DNA of 64,000 nt. Origin: Tubulanus polymorphus. Taxonomy: Eukaryota > Animalia > Nemertea. Each line of letters starts with the position of its first letter. The first letter of the stretch is position 1. The position numbers and the translations under genes are program-made. The stretch spans positions 10,664,001 to 10,728,000 of the forward strand of contig NC_134025.1 in assembly GCF_964204645.1 (NCBI RefSeq), written 5' to 3'. Of this stretch, positions 20,269 through 34,652 are shown piece by piece. The notes under the pieces were generated by a model. It was not told the DNA's origin, did no database searches, and worked only from the letters and a program-made list of their open reading frames with translations.

Positions 20269-23200
20269 TATGTGTTGATGGAACCGCTTGGGAGTGCTGC
20301 CATCTACATTGTGCCAGCTAGAAAACTTTTTGATTTGAAGTGTGTAGGTTTATTAATGTGTGTTTTAGATGAATGAAACTCTTTCCTTTTAAGTCAGTAA
20401 GTTTTGCATTTGGAATTGCAAGGCACCCTTGAATTATGTTGTATGTTGATATGGAAAGCTCAGGAAGCCCTCAGAATGTACAGAATATGATCAGAGTTTT
20501 CCCGCAAGGCACAGGGTGTCGTTCGCATCGGTATTTGCCCCTATTTTAATGTTCTCCTAAAAATAGTTCTCATCCCTGTCAATATCTTAACGCGATAGGC
20601 CAATCAATCATCAATTTTTCACAATGATCGGAGATTGAATCTATAGTCAATTATCAGCGCTCGACGTAACAACTATTCAGCTCGACGATCGGGATCTAGT
20701 TTCGCAGATGTCGTCGATTCGGCTGAATTCAAGTCAAGATTAGTTTGTTTCCGATACTTTAACCTTACGCTTTATTCAAAAACTATGGAACCGGCTGCTG
20801 CTGATCGATTCCAGGTCAGTTCGGTCATAATTTCGATTGCGCCATTTATTTTTTTTCCGCTCAGAAATAGTAGAGCATCGAGCGTTTCAATTATTTATAT
20901 AGTCGCGTCGTTAGTATTGGCTGGTTATTTGCCGTGTGATGACTGAACAAACAGTGCCCTTATCAAGAGTCTCGCACTGTATCCATGTATATGGAACTGG
21001 TGTTTTTTGCAGCTGGTATCGGATGAAATCGTTTGCCTATTGTCATTATGCCGATCATTATCATGACACCCTTTGATATAATGAAACATTTCTAATTGTT
21101 TTTATTTATGCGCTGTATAATTTCTTTATTTGGCAGAAGCGCGTAGGCAATCATGTTTTAAATTCAGTTTCTTCTAAAGCTGTTGAAAATGATTTGATGC
21201 TTTGTACTAGAATTTCATGTGGAATATCATTTAACAGAATACCTAGAATAAAAGTTAGTGAAAAAGACCTCAGAGCCCAGTTTCACAAAAAAATTTAACT
21301 CAAATTTTTGGCTTGATCGCGATTGGTTACTTCATGTTTTCAATAAGAGAAACCAATTCACGCTTAACCACGAAACTGGACCCAGGGCCTAGTTTTATCT
21401 TTATTTGACAATGAGTAGAGTTAATTCACGGGTTAGAAGAAATGAACTTGGTTAGAGGAAATAAACTTGTTTATTAAGCCAGTACCCTGAGGTACCTGAA
21501 ATTCTATCACTATAATATTATGTACAGTATGCAATCGATTGAGTGTTCGTGTTTGGATTTATGATTATGAGCTTGTTGTAATATTCGATAAATCATTAAT
21601 CCAAATTCGTCATAACAACAAGATCCCTGATGATCAAAATTGCTGACTGCATCACATTTGTTACATCGTGTTGGGGTAAGACTTGAGCGAATGGCAATTT
21701 CCCATGTTTTACCAACTAACACAATACCAGCTGACTGCGTGTGTTTGAGATTATGCTGTTGTTTATCGCACTCAAAAAAATCAGATAAAGATTAAACGGT
21801 CCATTACGTCGGGAGTGTTCATTGTATTAAATTGTATCTATGCTGTAAGATCACATTTCAATAGTCGAAGCCTTTTCTATATTCCATACATTTCATAACA
21901 GCTGATCATGTATAGTTAACGTTTTGACCACTAGATGTCATCGTTTGTCACGCTGGGCACAGGTGTTCGTCATTCAGGAAAAAGTTGCTTCAGTCAGCAA
22001 TTTTTCGCGACCGTTTATTGAAATATCTTTTGTTTGCTATGCATGAAATGAACGGATAATACGCAATGAAACGGATGACTATTGATTTCCTCTTCACCTT
22101 TGGTTAGATGGCTATTACGGCTATACCCTACGATATATCCTTGTTCTATTCAATTCTGTTAGCACATATGCTGTAATAAATATTCAGTATTTATTTCCAA
22201 ACGTTTTATTACTGTGTCCTGAACTTGTAAGCAGAGATTTTGGGGGCAAAGGTTTAATTTTTCTTGTACACTGTGTGGCTGTTTTTGTTTTGATATTCAG
22301 TCATAATTTAGAGTATAAGAAGTGGGTTAAAAGTTTTTCTTGTCATAATAACATGAATCGCAAGAACTCCTTGTTCCAAGATTTGTATAAGAAGTTTCAA
22401 GTCAAATTTCTGGTCCCAATTAAACTTCTGTTTTTGATATTGATATCCTTAGGTTACTGAAGGATAATATATTTAACTAGATATTCAATAGTTCTGGTAA
22501 AAATTGTATTCATGAGTTTAGCGAATGTGATAAAAAAGAGACTGTCGAGTGATGTATGGCTTAAATAATGATTTTGAATGCCGTGATCTACTGTTGCTGG
22601 ATGTGGGAACCAGCTGTCGTCCAATTAAACCTTACAAAGGCTCCCACCATTTGTAATCCGGTGTTCTGTATTCTGTTCGCGCCCGTGTACATACGATAGA
22701 GAAACAAACGAATAAAAAAAGATTAATGAAAAATATCAAATGTGAATTTGTGTCCTTTAGTTGCATTCATCGAAAACGATTCATCAATGTAATTACTTAT
22801 AGGCAAGTAAGTTTAGTTTATGGCGTTATTAAATATACACACACGTAATTGTGGAGTGGGTGTTTAATATAGGGTATAATCACTACAATAGCAAGTCTGG
22901 AATGATGCCACTTCGACGGAGACTTGTTTTTCCACTGTTAATGTCCTGTGATAACTAGCTTTCTCCAAAAGGTCATCGCGAGGTAATTTGCCTGGCCCCG
23001 TTCTTCACGTTGTTTTTAATATCAATAACAAATAACTAAGCGTAATTGGTTGTGTAGTGAGTTATTGCCAAACGCATCAATTCCTCTCCAGGGTTTGTTT
23101 TTGGCTCTTCAGCCGGTGTTGCCATTTACGACCACGAGAGTCTCCATCTGCAACCGAGTGAAATTATCGTTGATATCCGTGCGTCTCTGGCCGAAGTTTT

Positions 23201-25672
23201 CCATTGACTGCAAAATCTACGCAGTAATTCAATTGGCGGTAACCGCAGTAATGATGGTACTGGATCACTAGACATGGAACTCATGAATTTCATGTAATAC
23301 TAATAAATGCAGTATAATCAGTGAAATGCAATTGTTACCACATTTTGTAGATCAAATCTTTTACTGTGATTTAGAAAACTCAAAGCCTGATACTAGTGAC
23401 CTATTCAATCTTAGTTTACAACCAATAGAATCATTAATCTCTATTCATATATTGTTTATCAAACTTTCTTTGTTCATCAGTGTGATTGGCAAGTATTCAA
23501 ATTTCGTTACGCGATCTTGCACCGAGGTTCAAGGTTCGAAAAGTGTATTTTATTCGAGATTTGGACTCGGAATACCCAATTTATAAACCAGGCGCAAATG
23601 AAGTTTGGGTAACTGGTTGAATACGTCTGAACTTGTGATCCATGCGTGGACAGGAATCTTGGTACAGTAACGCTCGCCTAACTCAGACAAACTGGGACCA
23701 GCAAAATAGGTCCAAGTCCAAGTCAAGGATAGAAAATTACAGGCAGTCAGAAAAAAGGTTTGGATTTCGTCGAAAGTGCCAGTGGCCATGTCCAAGGGGC
23801 TTACTGCACCAAAGAAATCTCCGATTCTTGCAATGAGACACCATGGAAACTGTGACTGCCGGGGAAAATTCATTCTACATGTAGTTCAACACGAATTTCC
23901 ATACAGATCACCTCAGAAAATAACCACAAAAATAGTAGAAAAACGAGTGCGTTTAACAGAAAATAACTTGCTTATCTTTTCTCAACATCGTTCAAAATAC
24001 ATTCTTTTCATCATTTCACAATATAAACACATTGAACAAGAAGCACTTGGTGCCACAAATCTTTTTTTTTTGACAATTTAACCCGAAAAATATTATTCTT
24101 ATTGCAGGCAAGTAAAATACGCCGTATATACGCAATTTTCAAATACGGCGTGAATTAATGTACGAAGAGGCTTAATAATTAAGACAACGAAAAAGGTTCT
24201 GGTGGCTACATGTACATGTCAGTAGTAATTAATACAGTAGTGTCATTTGAAAATTAATCTCATTAGTCTGTGTTTTTTTTCTTATCATTAACTATTATCG
24301 GATACATCATAAGGCAGTTTTTATGATTCTATTTCGACAAGAATATTCCCGTTTAAATCGATTTTATTTCGTAATTTTCTTTGCGTCAACGACAAACTCG
24401 TCTGCGAGTTAATTCCTCGAATTCTTAACGTACTACAACAACGAAATGATCATCAGAAAAAAAAAAGAAGGAAAAGATGCGAATACTAGGCACAGGTTGC
24501 TAGGTTACCCTGATACTTGGCTCTCTCTTTGTATCGAACGTAAACAAGGATAAAATCATTACATATTGGTACACGTTGAACCAGGTAATTTTTATTAGAT
24601 ACACCGCCGGGTAAAAAGATTCAGCTGGTTAATTCGAGAGAGACTTCAATGCTTCGAGCTACAGCTGTATTATTTGCAAACAACATTTCGAAAACCTACA
24701 TTTAGGTAGAGAGCATGGACGTACGATATAGTTTATACGTTCATGGGTTAGAGCAATATTTAAAGCTGGACAACATACTCTCATGATTCATAAGGGAAAA
24801 GGCGAATTTTCGAACCTAGCAACTTGCTTCGACATTTACAATAAACATTATCATTTCGTTATCCTACAGTTCACCCTGGTTAAAAATAATTCTTTTTTTT
24901 GTTTAATACTGCTTTCAGCCTCATCAGGAGGTATTGTTTAAACATCACTGACCCAATGTGCAACACCGGGTTATAAAACGAACTTCAACACGGACAAGTT
25001 CAAAGACATTATTAGTTAATATTCTCAATTCTCTGCAAATACAATATCGTGTAAGGAACTACCGAAGGTGTAAGAATCGATGCTTTTGTCTCGCCTAAAA
25101 GACGCAAGAAAACACACGGCTTTAGTAGAACTTCGCCGCAAGATATGTTTTTTTGCGCATAGGAAAATAAAATGCAGATTACATAAAATCATCAGTCCTG
25201 CTAAAGCTATGCCTCCGGTGAGTACGAGGACCCACGTTACCAGGTGTCCTACAAAAAAGCGGGATACCGGTAATATACTAAATCAAAATTTAGTTCATTT
25301 TCCTGAACTTTCGTCTACGAAAAAACTGCATATTATGTGCTTAGCTTAACTCTGATCGATCTCTATGGTTAACTTATATTCATTACATGGATTACCTGCA
25401 GAACTGATTACGTATTTAGTTCACATTATTGCCACAGGTCGCTGACTACCCATTACATAACTCATAATTGATAATACGAGACTGCGGAACCCGGTTCCCG
25501 GTCATGGATATAATCATGCTTATTGAAGAATATCTACATGATTAGAAAGTTCATAAATCAACGAGGATGAAAAATCTAAAATCTAGACTAATTATTTAAA
25601 ATGAATTCAAGTGGTACCAATACACAAAACCTAACAAATGGAGATATTTTTCAGATAAATGAAAAGCCTTAA

Positions 25673-25958
25673 CCCTTTCAGTGCGTCTACACCGCAGTGC
25701 GGTGTATAAATCGGTGATGGATTTTGCTAATACACCACACTGCGGTGTATTGATGTAATTAGTAATTAGTTTTTATCTCTATTGAAAGATGGCAGCACCT
25801 GTCAAACAGTGAAATATTAGTAACTAACGATACACCGCGCCGCGGTGTAGATGCACTATAGTGGTATTCCCGTTATTCAACACACTAGAGTGGAATTTTT
25901 CAAGATTTTCAAATTATCTCCAGCACTATAGGGTATTGATTAGTCAGCACTGAAAGGG
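25673..25958 (+). mobile_element. Intact piggyBac-type MITE
   Basis: TTAA|CCCTTTCAGTGC ... GCACTGAAAGGG|TTAA; three internal TACACC-N-GGTGTA palindromes. Confidence 0.9.
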
Positions 25959-27397
25959 TTAAATGATGAATTAGGCCCGGATTGTCCGATTCGGCGCCGA
26001 AGGGTTCTATTTTTCTATCTAATTTTCTATATAGTCTCATCGTTTAATTCTTATCTTATTAATCTCATTCACAGCTATCATCACAAAGGAAGGTTCAAAT
26101 ATGATATATCCATACATATATAACATATAACAATCAAATCAATGGTCATTCATCTAAGTACACATTCATATACAGCCACCAAGTGACCAATATACAGTAG
26201 TAAACATATCAGATCCAATAGTTCAAGGGCTAATGTCACCGATATGCGGGGGAAAAAAATCACGCGAGGACATCGTTTACATCATAATTATTAATTGTGC
26301 AACCAATTTAACAGACATTAGCGCCCTCTATACAATTAGTGTGTTTTCTGCCGAGCAGTACAGGCAGCGTCCAACAATAATCTTACACAGAGTATTCTAA
26401 GTCTCCTCGGATTGTTTGCTCACAAATTGTCTTTCGTTGGCGTTTAAGCGTTAATTCTTAGTGGCATTTTATTTTTTATTGCATAACCAGTGCTTTTTTG
26501 TTATCCATATACATATTGTGTAATTACATGTATATATTCATATATTATATCATTTCAGTTGAATATCAATAATCCGTGATTTTATGATGATAATAATCAT
26601 AATGATTCGATAGTACATATCCCATATGAAAACTATTATTTCCGGGAAAAAAAAGGAAAAAAAAATCAAACCTGATGTACAACTACATATATACATACAT
26701 GAAGGCAATACTGTATATCTATATTATATACACTGGCAAGCCTTTCTTTCAAGGGTCAACCATACTAAGGTACTACAGAGCAGACTGCCCAATGTCCAGG
26801 TAGTTTTCTCCTCACGCCCCCCCCCAAAAAAAAACAAAAAAAAAAAACAACCATCCTTATGTATGAAATACTAAAAGTACTAGGAGTGATAGGACCTACT
26901 AATGGATGACCCTAATCATACTAGCAGTATATGCATACATGTGTCATCTATAAATAAAAATACCTTGAACTTTCTTCCTACGAAAAGAAAAAAAAAATCG
27001 CAAGAAAAAATCGCAAGACAACACACTGACAACTACGTTTTTACAATCCCGATACACCAGTTAACATCTGCGTCTGGATGGAAATAATTAACTACCGAAA
27101 ATAACTAGATCACCGGCGAAAAATAGCGGCACCGACAGAGCGGGGTCTTGGGTGCCTTGAAAATAGTTCCCAAGGTTCTAGTTTCTGACATATTAACACT
27201 GACAACAGCCATTGTGGTAATGCTATAATAAGCAATTTTTACATCATTCAGTTATTATTAATTGGAAGATCTTTTCTCTGATGATATTAATGATATCATG
27301 ATTATTATTATATATCATCTTTTATATACATATGAATATATCCAGATTCATCAGAACCTGACACACACTCAAGTCCATCCGTCCAATACGTATATTT

Positions 27398-27399
<2 letters not shown>

Positions 27400-27428
<29 letters not shown>
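27400..27428. repeat. (TA)n microsatellite
   Basis: Direct read. Confidence 0.9.
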
Positions 27429-27431
<3 letters not shown>

Positions 27432-30160
27432 CATCCATATTCATATAATCCACGATACATTCACATATCATGAATGAAACTGAACTATCAGTATTCTAAT
27501 AGTAAGACACTAGGTGATAAGACATTGAAGACAATACGATAGAACCCGCTTAATTCAGATCATTTTGGACCAACAAAATTCACCCGGTGCACGGGAAATC
27601 CGGATTAAAAGTCATTTTCTTGTGTATTAATGATGAACAATTGGACTGCAAATAAAGCCCGGCTTAGACCGATAATCCCGATTGAGTGAGTTAGATTGTA
27701 AATCCTAATAATCGGGAGAGATCCGCAGGACAGTTCGACAAGATGAGTATTACTGACGATTATTCATAGACGCACTTCACAACAAGATAAAAGCTTAAAA
27801 CGATTTCATTTCTGTAGTTCGAATTTCGAAATGAAATACGCTCAAAAGGACCGATCGAGGACACCGAACCTGCATCCTAATTCGTTCCGAATAATATTCA
27901 ACATAAAATAGCCAAACATTCGATGACGTTACTTATCGGCCAAACTAAAACTCCGGATATTAAAACACACATGGACGAACGAGACACACTAGCCCACCTA
28001 CCGACGACGACACAACACGCAGTAATAGTGATGATAAAACTATAGATCTAATTATATAGCAGGCGTTGATGAGAGAAAGAAAGCCTGTGTTCGATAAGTC
28101 GGAGGCTATATACATGTACATGTAATACTATATTCACCGTTCCCCGCTCTGCTTACCCCCGTAATTACAATTATCAAAAATAAAGTTATAGCTAGGTTTG
28201 CCGTACTAGCTATTCGGCATTTCCTTCTTAGATCAGCTAGATAGATTTAAGAGAACACGTGGAGTCAATGCGCTATACAAACTCGGTACATTATACGACA
28301 CCCTTATTGCACCTAAAGCTATTATTAGGCCGATTATTATTATTATGGATATTAATCGGTACTCATGTGATTTTCGATATAGTACTATACAAGAACTGCA
28401 CGTTAAAACATTACAATCAGAACCGGCGAGTTGTATTCTCTTATCGGTCAACCTGAACACATCGGATTTAGCTATCAAAGATTCATTTTCTTTTTTTTTG
28501 CGTAAACTTCGACGGCGGTGCCGCCGCCATCGTTAAAAAGAAGCACCATTCTAGAATGATCACAGATACTCTTTCTTGAAATCTCAAGAACGAAAGAAGA
28601 TGATGATTTTCACGTCGAGATTGACAGTAGTAGTAGTAGACACTTGCTTAACGATTTTCGGAACCGGTCAACTTTTCTATTTTCTTCAAAAAAGAACCTT
28701 CCTCATCCCTTATTCTCAACTCAAGATCTGCAGATAGGTAGTTAGTAATCTATTAGAATTTCTAAATTGATCAAAAATGCAAAATGAGTCTACACCTATA
28801 AATCTTGACATGAAAATCGATCAGTAAGGAACTATCTCCATGAGGACTAGATACATCAATTTCGACCAAATTTTCACGTTTTAAATTAAGAACAAAGGCC
28901 AATTTCGACAACAAAATTCTTTTTAAAGAGGAATGGAGATGCGCACATCATCATCAGGACCCAGTTCCACAGTTCCAGGTTTAGTTCGTTCACTTTAAGA
29001 TACATTGACCGTAGCATCCAAATTCAATTCCAAAAAAACCGTGGAACTAGATCCAATATTCATTAGATTGTGTGGAATGAATCGACTACGAACTCCGGTT
29101 CTTAACCTTCATCCATAGAACAAATGCTTACTTTTTTTGTAATCGAGATTTGGTTTTTTTTTTTGCATGCACAGCACCGAGTTCTCCACTGGAGGTTTTA
29201 GAAAGGCTACTACCTGTGTCGTCTTTTTTCCACCCCTGTTAAAAAGATATGTTGGCCCTCTAAACAATAGTGATGATCTCCCTTTCAAATGCGAAGATCC
29301 AGATTGCGCCAAAATCAAGGCAGGAGCTACGCTGTATCAGGAGCTATGACCCCTAGTCGGCCTAACAGCTTTGCTCAGTGATAACCATGCCACAATAAAA
29401 ATGGACCAAGGGTCCACACGGAGCAGCCCTTCTAAAATACCCACGTATCGAGAACACCGCACAGGCGTATGCGCTTATCTTCGAAAATGTTTTACATCGA
29501 CTTCGTAATTGGAAAATTTTCAACCTATACGATAATAGGCAGTATTATATATAATAAATGCAATGCAACGGCCTAATGACGGTCGATGACGACAGATTAA
29601 AATCGAACATATCCGAAGAAAGAGCAATTTTTCGACGATGACGAGTCGTGTTTCGACATCTGTTCGGTAATTCTTTTTTTTGGTTTTGCGTTTCGACCAT
29701 AGACAGACACAACATCCGTTCGATGTCGATAATAGCTATTACTTGCTATTATAACATAGAACTGAGTGACCTTGATAAAATTCGAACACCAGCAATTATA
29801 CTTTCACCGTTTTGTTTCGTGTTGTCCTCTTTTGTGTTTAAAATAGGTAAACAGGAAGCTTCCAGTGCATTGCGGTAATGCGATACGGAGTAACCATATA
29901 TCATTACATTATACTTACCAGTAATTGCAGAGGTTTTGCCACGGTTTCGTTTTTTTTTTTCTCAATATCGCGAACGATTAATAATAAAGCTCGTACAAAG
30001 TTTTCGAAGCTCTTGCGTTATCGGACTTTAGATTGCGGTCAAAGTCCACATACGCAGGCACATGCACTCACTTATCCGGCAAAACGCTTCGATTTACTCG
30101 ACGCAACTTAAAATAAGTACGACAATTCGAATGAACTGCGCTTCATTTCTAGCGCGAGCA

Positions 30161-31429
30161 CTAAGAGCACGGTAAATACGGCGGCGGCGGACACGACGGA
30201 CAACCGGTTATATATTGCGGTGGGTACCCGTATTGGGTAAAGTACTGATTCTGGATGTCGTACGGCCCGTAGAACACCTGGTCGATGACGAGATTGTTCT
30301 GCAAGTCGAACTGGCTGATCTCGTATTGTTTGCGCCGCGCTTTCTGGTCCTGCTCGAACAGCACCTGGTACGCCATGCTCTGGATCAGATTCAGCGTCTG
30401 CCGACGTTCATGGCCCATCAGGCAGATCGTGCTCTCGTTGACGACGTTGTGCAACATCATCAAATAGTCGTATTTCAGGTATTCTTCGCCGTGGAAATGG
30501 TTGGCAAGGTAGCTCTCGAGTTTCTGCTTCTGCTGCACGATGTCGTTGAAGTCGATGAAAAACCGCGAACACATGTAACGCTCGAGCGTTTTGATTTCCA
30601 TGTCGGCGGCCGGCGCGTACCCGCGCACGAGCAGGTTGCAGTACTTCATCAGTCCGCCGCCACGGATCTCCTCGGGCGACTTCGTCGCGATCAACTTCTT
30701 GTTCAAGTGGAACATCGCCTCGTCGAAGTTGCCGTAGACGCTTTCGGCGACGACCGTCGGGTAGAAATGTTCGCTCATCGGCGCTGCCGCGGAAATGTCG
30801 TAAAACGTCAACAAACTATCGAGAATCACTTGAAACGAGTCGACGGAGAATTCGAACTGGCGACGCATGCTGTCGACGAATTTCAACTCGACGTTTTTGC
30901 CCGTCCGATTTGACAACGACACGAGACTCCATCGATCGTTACTGTTACAAACTTTCACGAGCTTTTGCACGTACGCCTCTTTCAAACTGCAACTCGTGAT
31001 TTTATGTTTGCTCACGCCGGCCGGAAGGAAGTTCAACAGGCTGCTGAGCGCGGCGGTTTTTATTTTCTGCAAGTCGCCGATGCACGATAGCTCGACGCCG
31101 AAAATTAAGTCCAGATCGTTGTAAGAAGGTTGCTCGTTATTTTCGCTACCCGCCACTATATGACTAGCCACACCCCCGTTAATGCGCACATCCCTGACTT
31201 TAATACCGTCATTTTTCAGATTTTGCCTTACCACGCTTATGAGTTCTTTCAGCTTGATATCCAGCGTCGGGAAGTTACCGCGTCCGTGAACGGGGACGAC
31301 TTGTTCCATAACGTCGTGAAGTCTCAACACTTGTTCGTGGCATAGAACTTGAAAACGGTCGTTGTTGCGATTAGCGCCGGCGCTTTCTCCATCGGTGACG
31401 ACAACGTTGTTACAAGATGAACCCGACAT
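30161..31429 (-). CDS. TENT5: Terminal nucleotidyltransferase 5 (FAM46-family non-canonical poly(A) polymerase), single coding exon; first ATG at 31429
   Basis: [85 protein letters not shown] motifs; the paralog (A-D) cannot be assigned. Confidence 0.96.
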   Translation of the reverse strand: MSGSSCNNVVVTDGESAGANRNNDRFQVLCHEQVLRLHDVMEQVVPVHGRGNFPTLDIKLKELISVVRQNLKNDGIKVRDVRINGGVASHIVAGSENNEQPSYNDLDLIFGVELSCIGDLQKIKTAALSSLLNFLPAGVSKHKITSCSLKEAYVQKLVKVCNSNDRWSLVSLSNRTGKNVELKFVDSMRRQFEFSVDSFQVILDSLLTFYDISAAAPMSEHFYPTVVAESVYGNFDEAMFHLNKKLIATKSPEEIRGGGLMKYCNLLVRGYAPAADMEIKTLERYMCSRFFIDFNDIVQQKQKLESYLANHFHGEEYLKYDYLMMLHNVVNESTICLMGHERRQTLNLIQSMAYQVLFEQDQKARRKQYEISQFDLQNNLVIDQVFYGPYDIQNQYFTQYGYPPQYITGCPSCPPPPYLPCS

Positions 31430-34400
31430 TATCCGATTCACACACGCGAGATGACTTTTCTAAAATGAAAGATGGTGAATTCAGTATTTAACCGTACTGG
31501 AGACGTTCACACTACGCAGTACACGGTTATCAATATGTGTAGTTTCACACGGCGTGTGCAATAATAATGACCTAAGCACCGCCGCCTACGGCTGAGAGTG
31601 TGTACGATCGCGCCGCGAATTGATATCTCAATCTCTGATATAAAACTATCTATCGATGATACCTAATCGATATCGATAATCAAAGGTGTGAGTTGATGAG
31701 AAGAGCCGATCTTAGTTACGCTGGAAATTCATCCGAACACACGTATTCATTCGAAATATGTTACGTTACACGTAGGACTATATATACGCACGGGCGTATA
31801 TATATATACGCGCGGCTAGTCGCCGGTTGACCTAGTTTTTTCAACAACGGCGTTGCTGATTGGTTACGCGTTTAGAATATAGATGTGAGAGAAATCGAAA
31901 GATGCATTTTCGAAATTCAAAACATTCACACGCACGCCGCCGTGGCTTTCTCATCCGAAAAGCTAGCCCGTTCCCGAATTTAAAAAAAGGCATTCTGGGT
32001 TTAATTATCGTGAATAAATTTCGTTTTCAAAAAGTTGCATAATGTTGATCAAGAACATCGCCATCCAGCCGTTTCTTTCCCGGCTTTTAAGTCAATATCC
32101 GATAAGTATCCCCCAACAGAATTCAGGATATATCTATTTCGAGATAATATAATGCTAATTAAGTCTAATGACCATTTTCCTCCTAAACCGGTTAAGGCGA
32201 CCGATTTTTTTCAAAACGAGCTAGGCCTTATTCTAAGTGTCAATCCATAAGCAATATGGGCGTAAATATAGTATAGCGTTTTAATTTTCCATTCATACGA
32301 TTTTCCATCAATGGCAGAGCCATATTTGGTGGTAACGACGCTGATGACGCAAAATATCGACTCTCCACACTTACGGTGAAACCATGGATATTATCGATTT
32401 ATAGCGTAGAGCCAAGCGTCACAGCTAGTCTACACATAGCTTACATATATTCCTTTTTTTTTCATTCACGGCAGTTAACAAGAAAAGCAACTTGTGGACG
32501 CTTTGAATTAAAATGCGCAACTATCGTTTAATGTAATGATATGTGCCTGACTACGGGTTGAAAGGTTTACGACATTCAAACTCTCGAAGGTCGATTGAAG
32601 CATGGACTCTTTGAGTCCATATTGATTGAAACTACAGATAAATGAAATAAGTGAAGAAACGTATTTTGAAACGCATGGTATTTTACGTGTAAAAAACTGG
32701 AAATGGTTGGTTGTGTCGTTTCCAATTTTCCATCGCAATGAACAAGAACCCAGACAACCGAGCAACTTATTACGAAAAAATATGGTTAAATTGATTAAAT
32801 AAATCCGGCTCGAATATACACCAATATGAGTTACCTTTAATTCTCCTTAATGTTTTTTAAATATCCGTCGAGTCACAATATACCACAAGCTAAAAATAAA
32901 CTCACAAATCTGTGTTTCCACTATAAACGGCTCCGAATCTGAAACTGTCAGGGTCAGGAGAGTCTGGACACGTTAACAGAGATTCTTGACGTCATCAAAA
33001 GAAGCGCCTATCACTGGTGATGCAAGGATTCTTGAATGAACCCACACGCAGTTGCTACGGCAACGTACGTCATCGGCTAGAATATGAATGAATATTCGGC
33101 TACAACCGGGTCCTTCAGTCGTAACTGAAAATAAGAGGGATTGATAAATGCGTGGGTGGCTGAGAGAGTAAACAAGTTGACGATGAAACAAAGAACGCTA
33201 TCTAACATCCTATACCGAATCAGATACAACGCTAGCAATTTCGAACGCCGTAAAATATTTTTTCATGAAAACTATAAACCAGGTTCTTGGATCAATATTC
33301 ATGTGACAATTTTCTTACATTGTTTGTGTAACGTTGCTAAATTGATAATTTGCCTACAAGGAGCAATTTTTGTCACGATGTAGTAATAACAAAAATAATC
33401 TATGATAATTTCGACGGCTAGTATGCCATTTTGACACTTATGTTTGTTCATCAATTTCTATCTCGGTTCACTGTGTAGATTGCATACGTGGGAGTTGAGT
33501 ACTCGTTAATTGTTTAATTGGAACCGGCGAAGACGTAATTATTGCACTAAGCTTGAACTTATCAAACATAATTAATTTCTGAGACCGTGTACACTGTTGT
33601 GATGAGTCCCGCGACCAGCAAATTTTGGCCTAAACACCTAATTTAATAAGAAGGCAATTATGTACAAACATTTGTCTAAGTGCTCCCTCCGGTCACACCC
33701 TCTTTGTGAGTGACGATTCGACGTGTATACTCTGGGACATTAGACACACCTTGTGATTATCGAGACTAAACAATCTATGAAATTTAGATACAAACAAAGC
33801 CACTTAGGCCTACGTGGTTAGGTCTAGACGATTAATTCCAATGAATTGGGTAAACAAAACAGACAAGAATTGCCCATGGCCGTTCAATTTAACTACTCCG
33901 AAAAATCGCTATTTTGACTTCCGACTCTGTGTTGCAGCGTTAGTGGTAAAAATCACCAAGGGTAGAAATCACCAGTTAAAAATCCCCAATTCTTCAAAGT
34001 AGGTAAATATCCGGGCCCCACCTTGAGCGCAAGTAGATAATCTTAAGTTCAATTCATTCATGTTATATATCCAATTTATTCATATTTTAGTGTTTCCTCA
34101 TTGTACATACTGTATTCTTGCATTGGTTTATTTGAAAATAAAATTTGATATGGCTGGGTGTGGGATATTTGGTAGGAGGTATTTGGGCCAGCGGAGGTAT
34201 TATGACCCGGGGCCACTAAAAACCGTGAAGTGGGAGAATTTTTACCTACTTTGGGGATTTTTACCGAGTTAGTAGGGGATTTTTACCGAGGTTATATATA
34301 CCTACATTCATGCCATTGTGAAAGAAGGGACAAGAAATTCGAAATTTCAATCTCTGAAATTCATATGTTTTGGGTCCGAAAGGTAGATTCATTGCGCTTT

Positions 34401-34638
34401 CGATCGTGGCGCTGTGGCTCCTCCATGGAGGCGCACAACGAAATGAATATCCCGATTTGGATATTATCGGAGCAACCCTTTCTATATCGCTGCTGCGGAA
34501 ATAAATTTTACTTGAACAGTAACATTCATGAATTCGCTATCAATCTTGGGTACAAAATCCCACAAACGACCACAATTCCCCATCATAAATATCTGAAAGA
34601 AAAATATATTGACCAAATATTATGCTATTTATTTATTC

Positions 34639-34652
34639 GTTTCTATGGCAAC
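34639..34652 (+). promoter_or_regulatory. RFX X-box upstream of CFAP298
   Basis: GTTTCTATGGCAAC matches the X-box pattern GTYNCYATRGNAAC; about 100 bp before a likely 5'UTR donor (AA|GTAAGT, 34755). Confidence 0.7.

Noticed and set aside
30215-30913. 232-aa plus-strand ORF antisense to TENT5
   Set aside because: Shadow ORF explained by the C/G-ending codon bias of TENT5; non-ATG start and no recognisable motif
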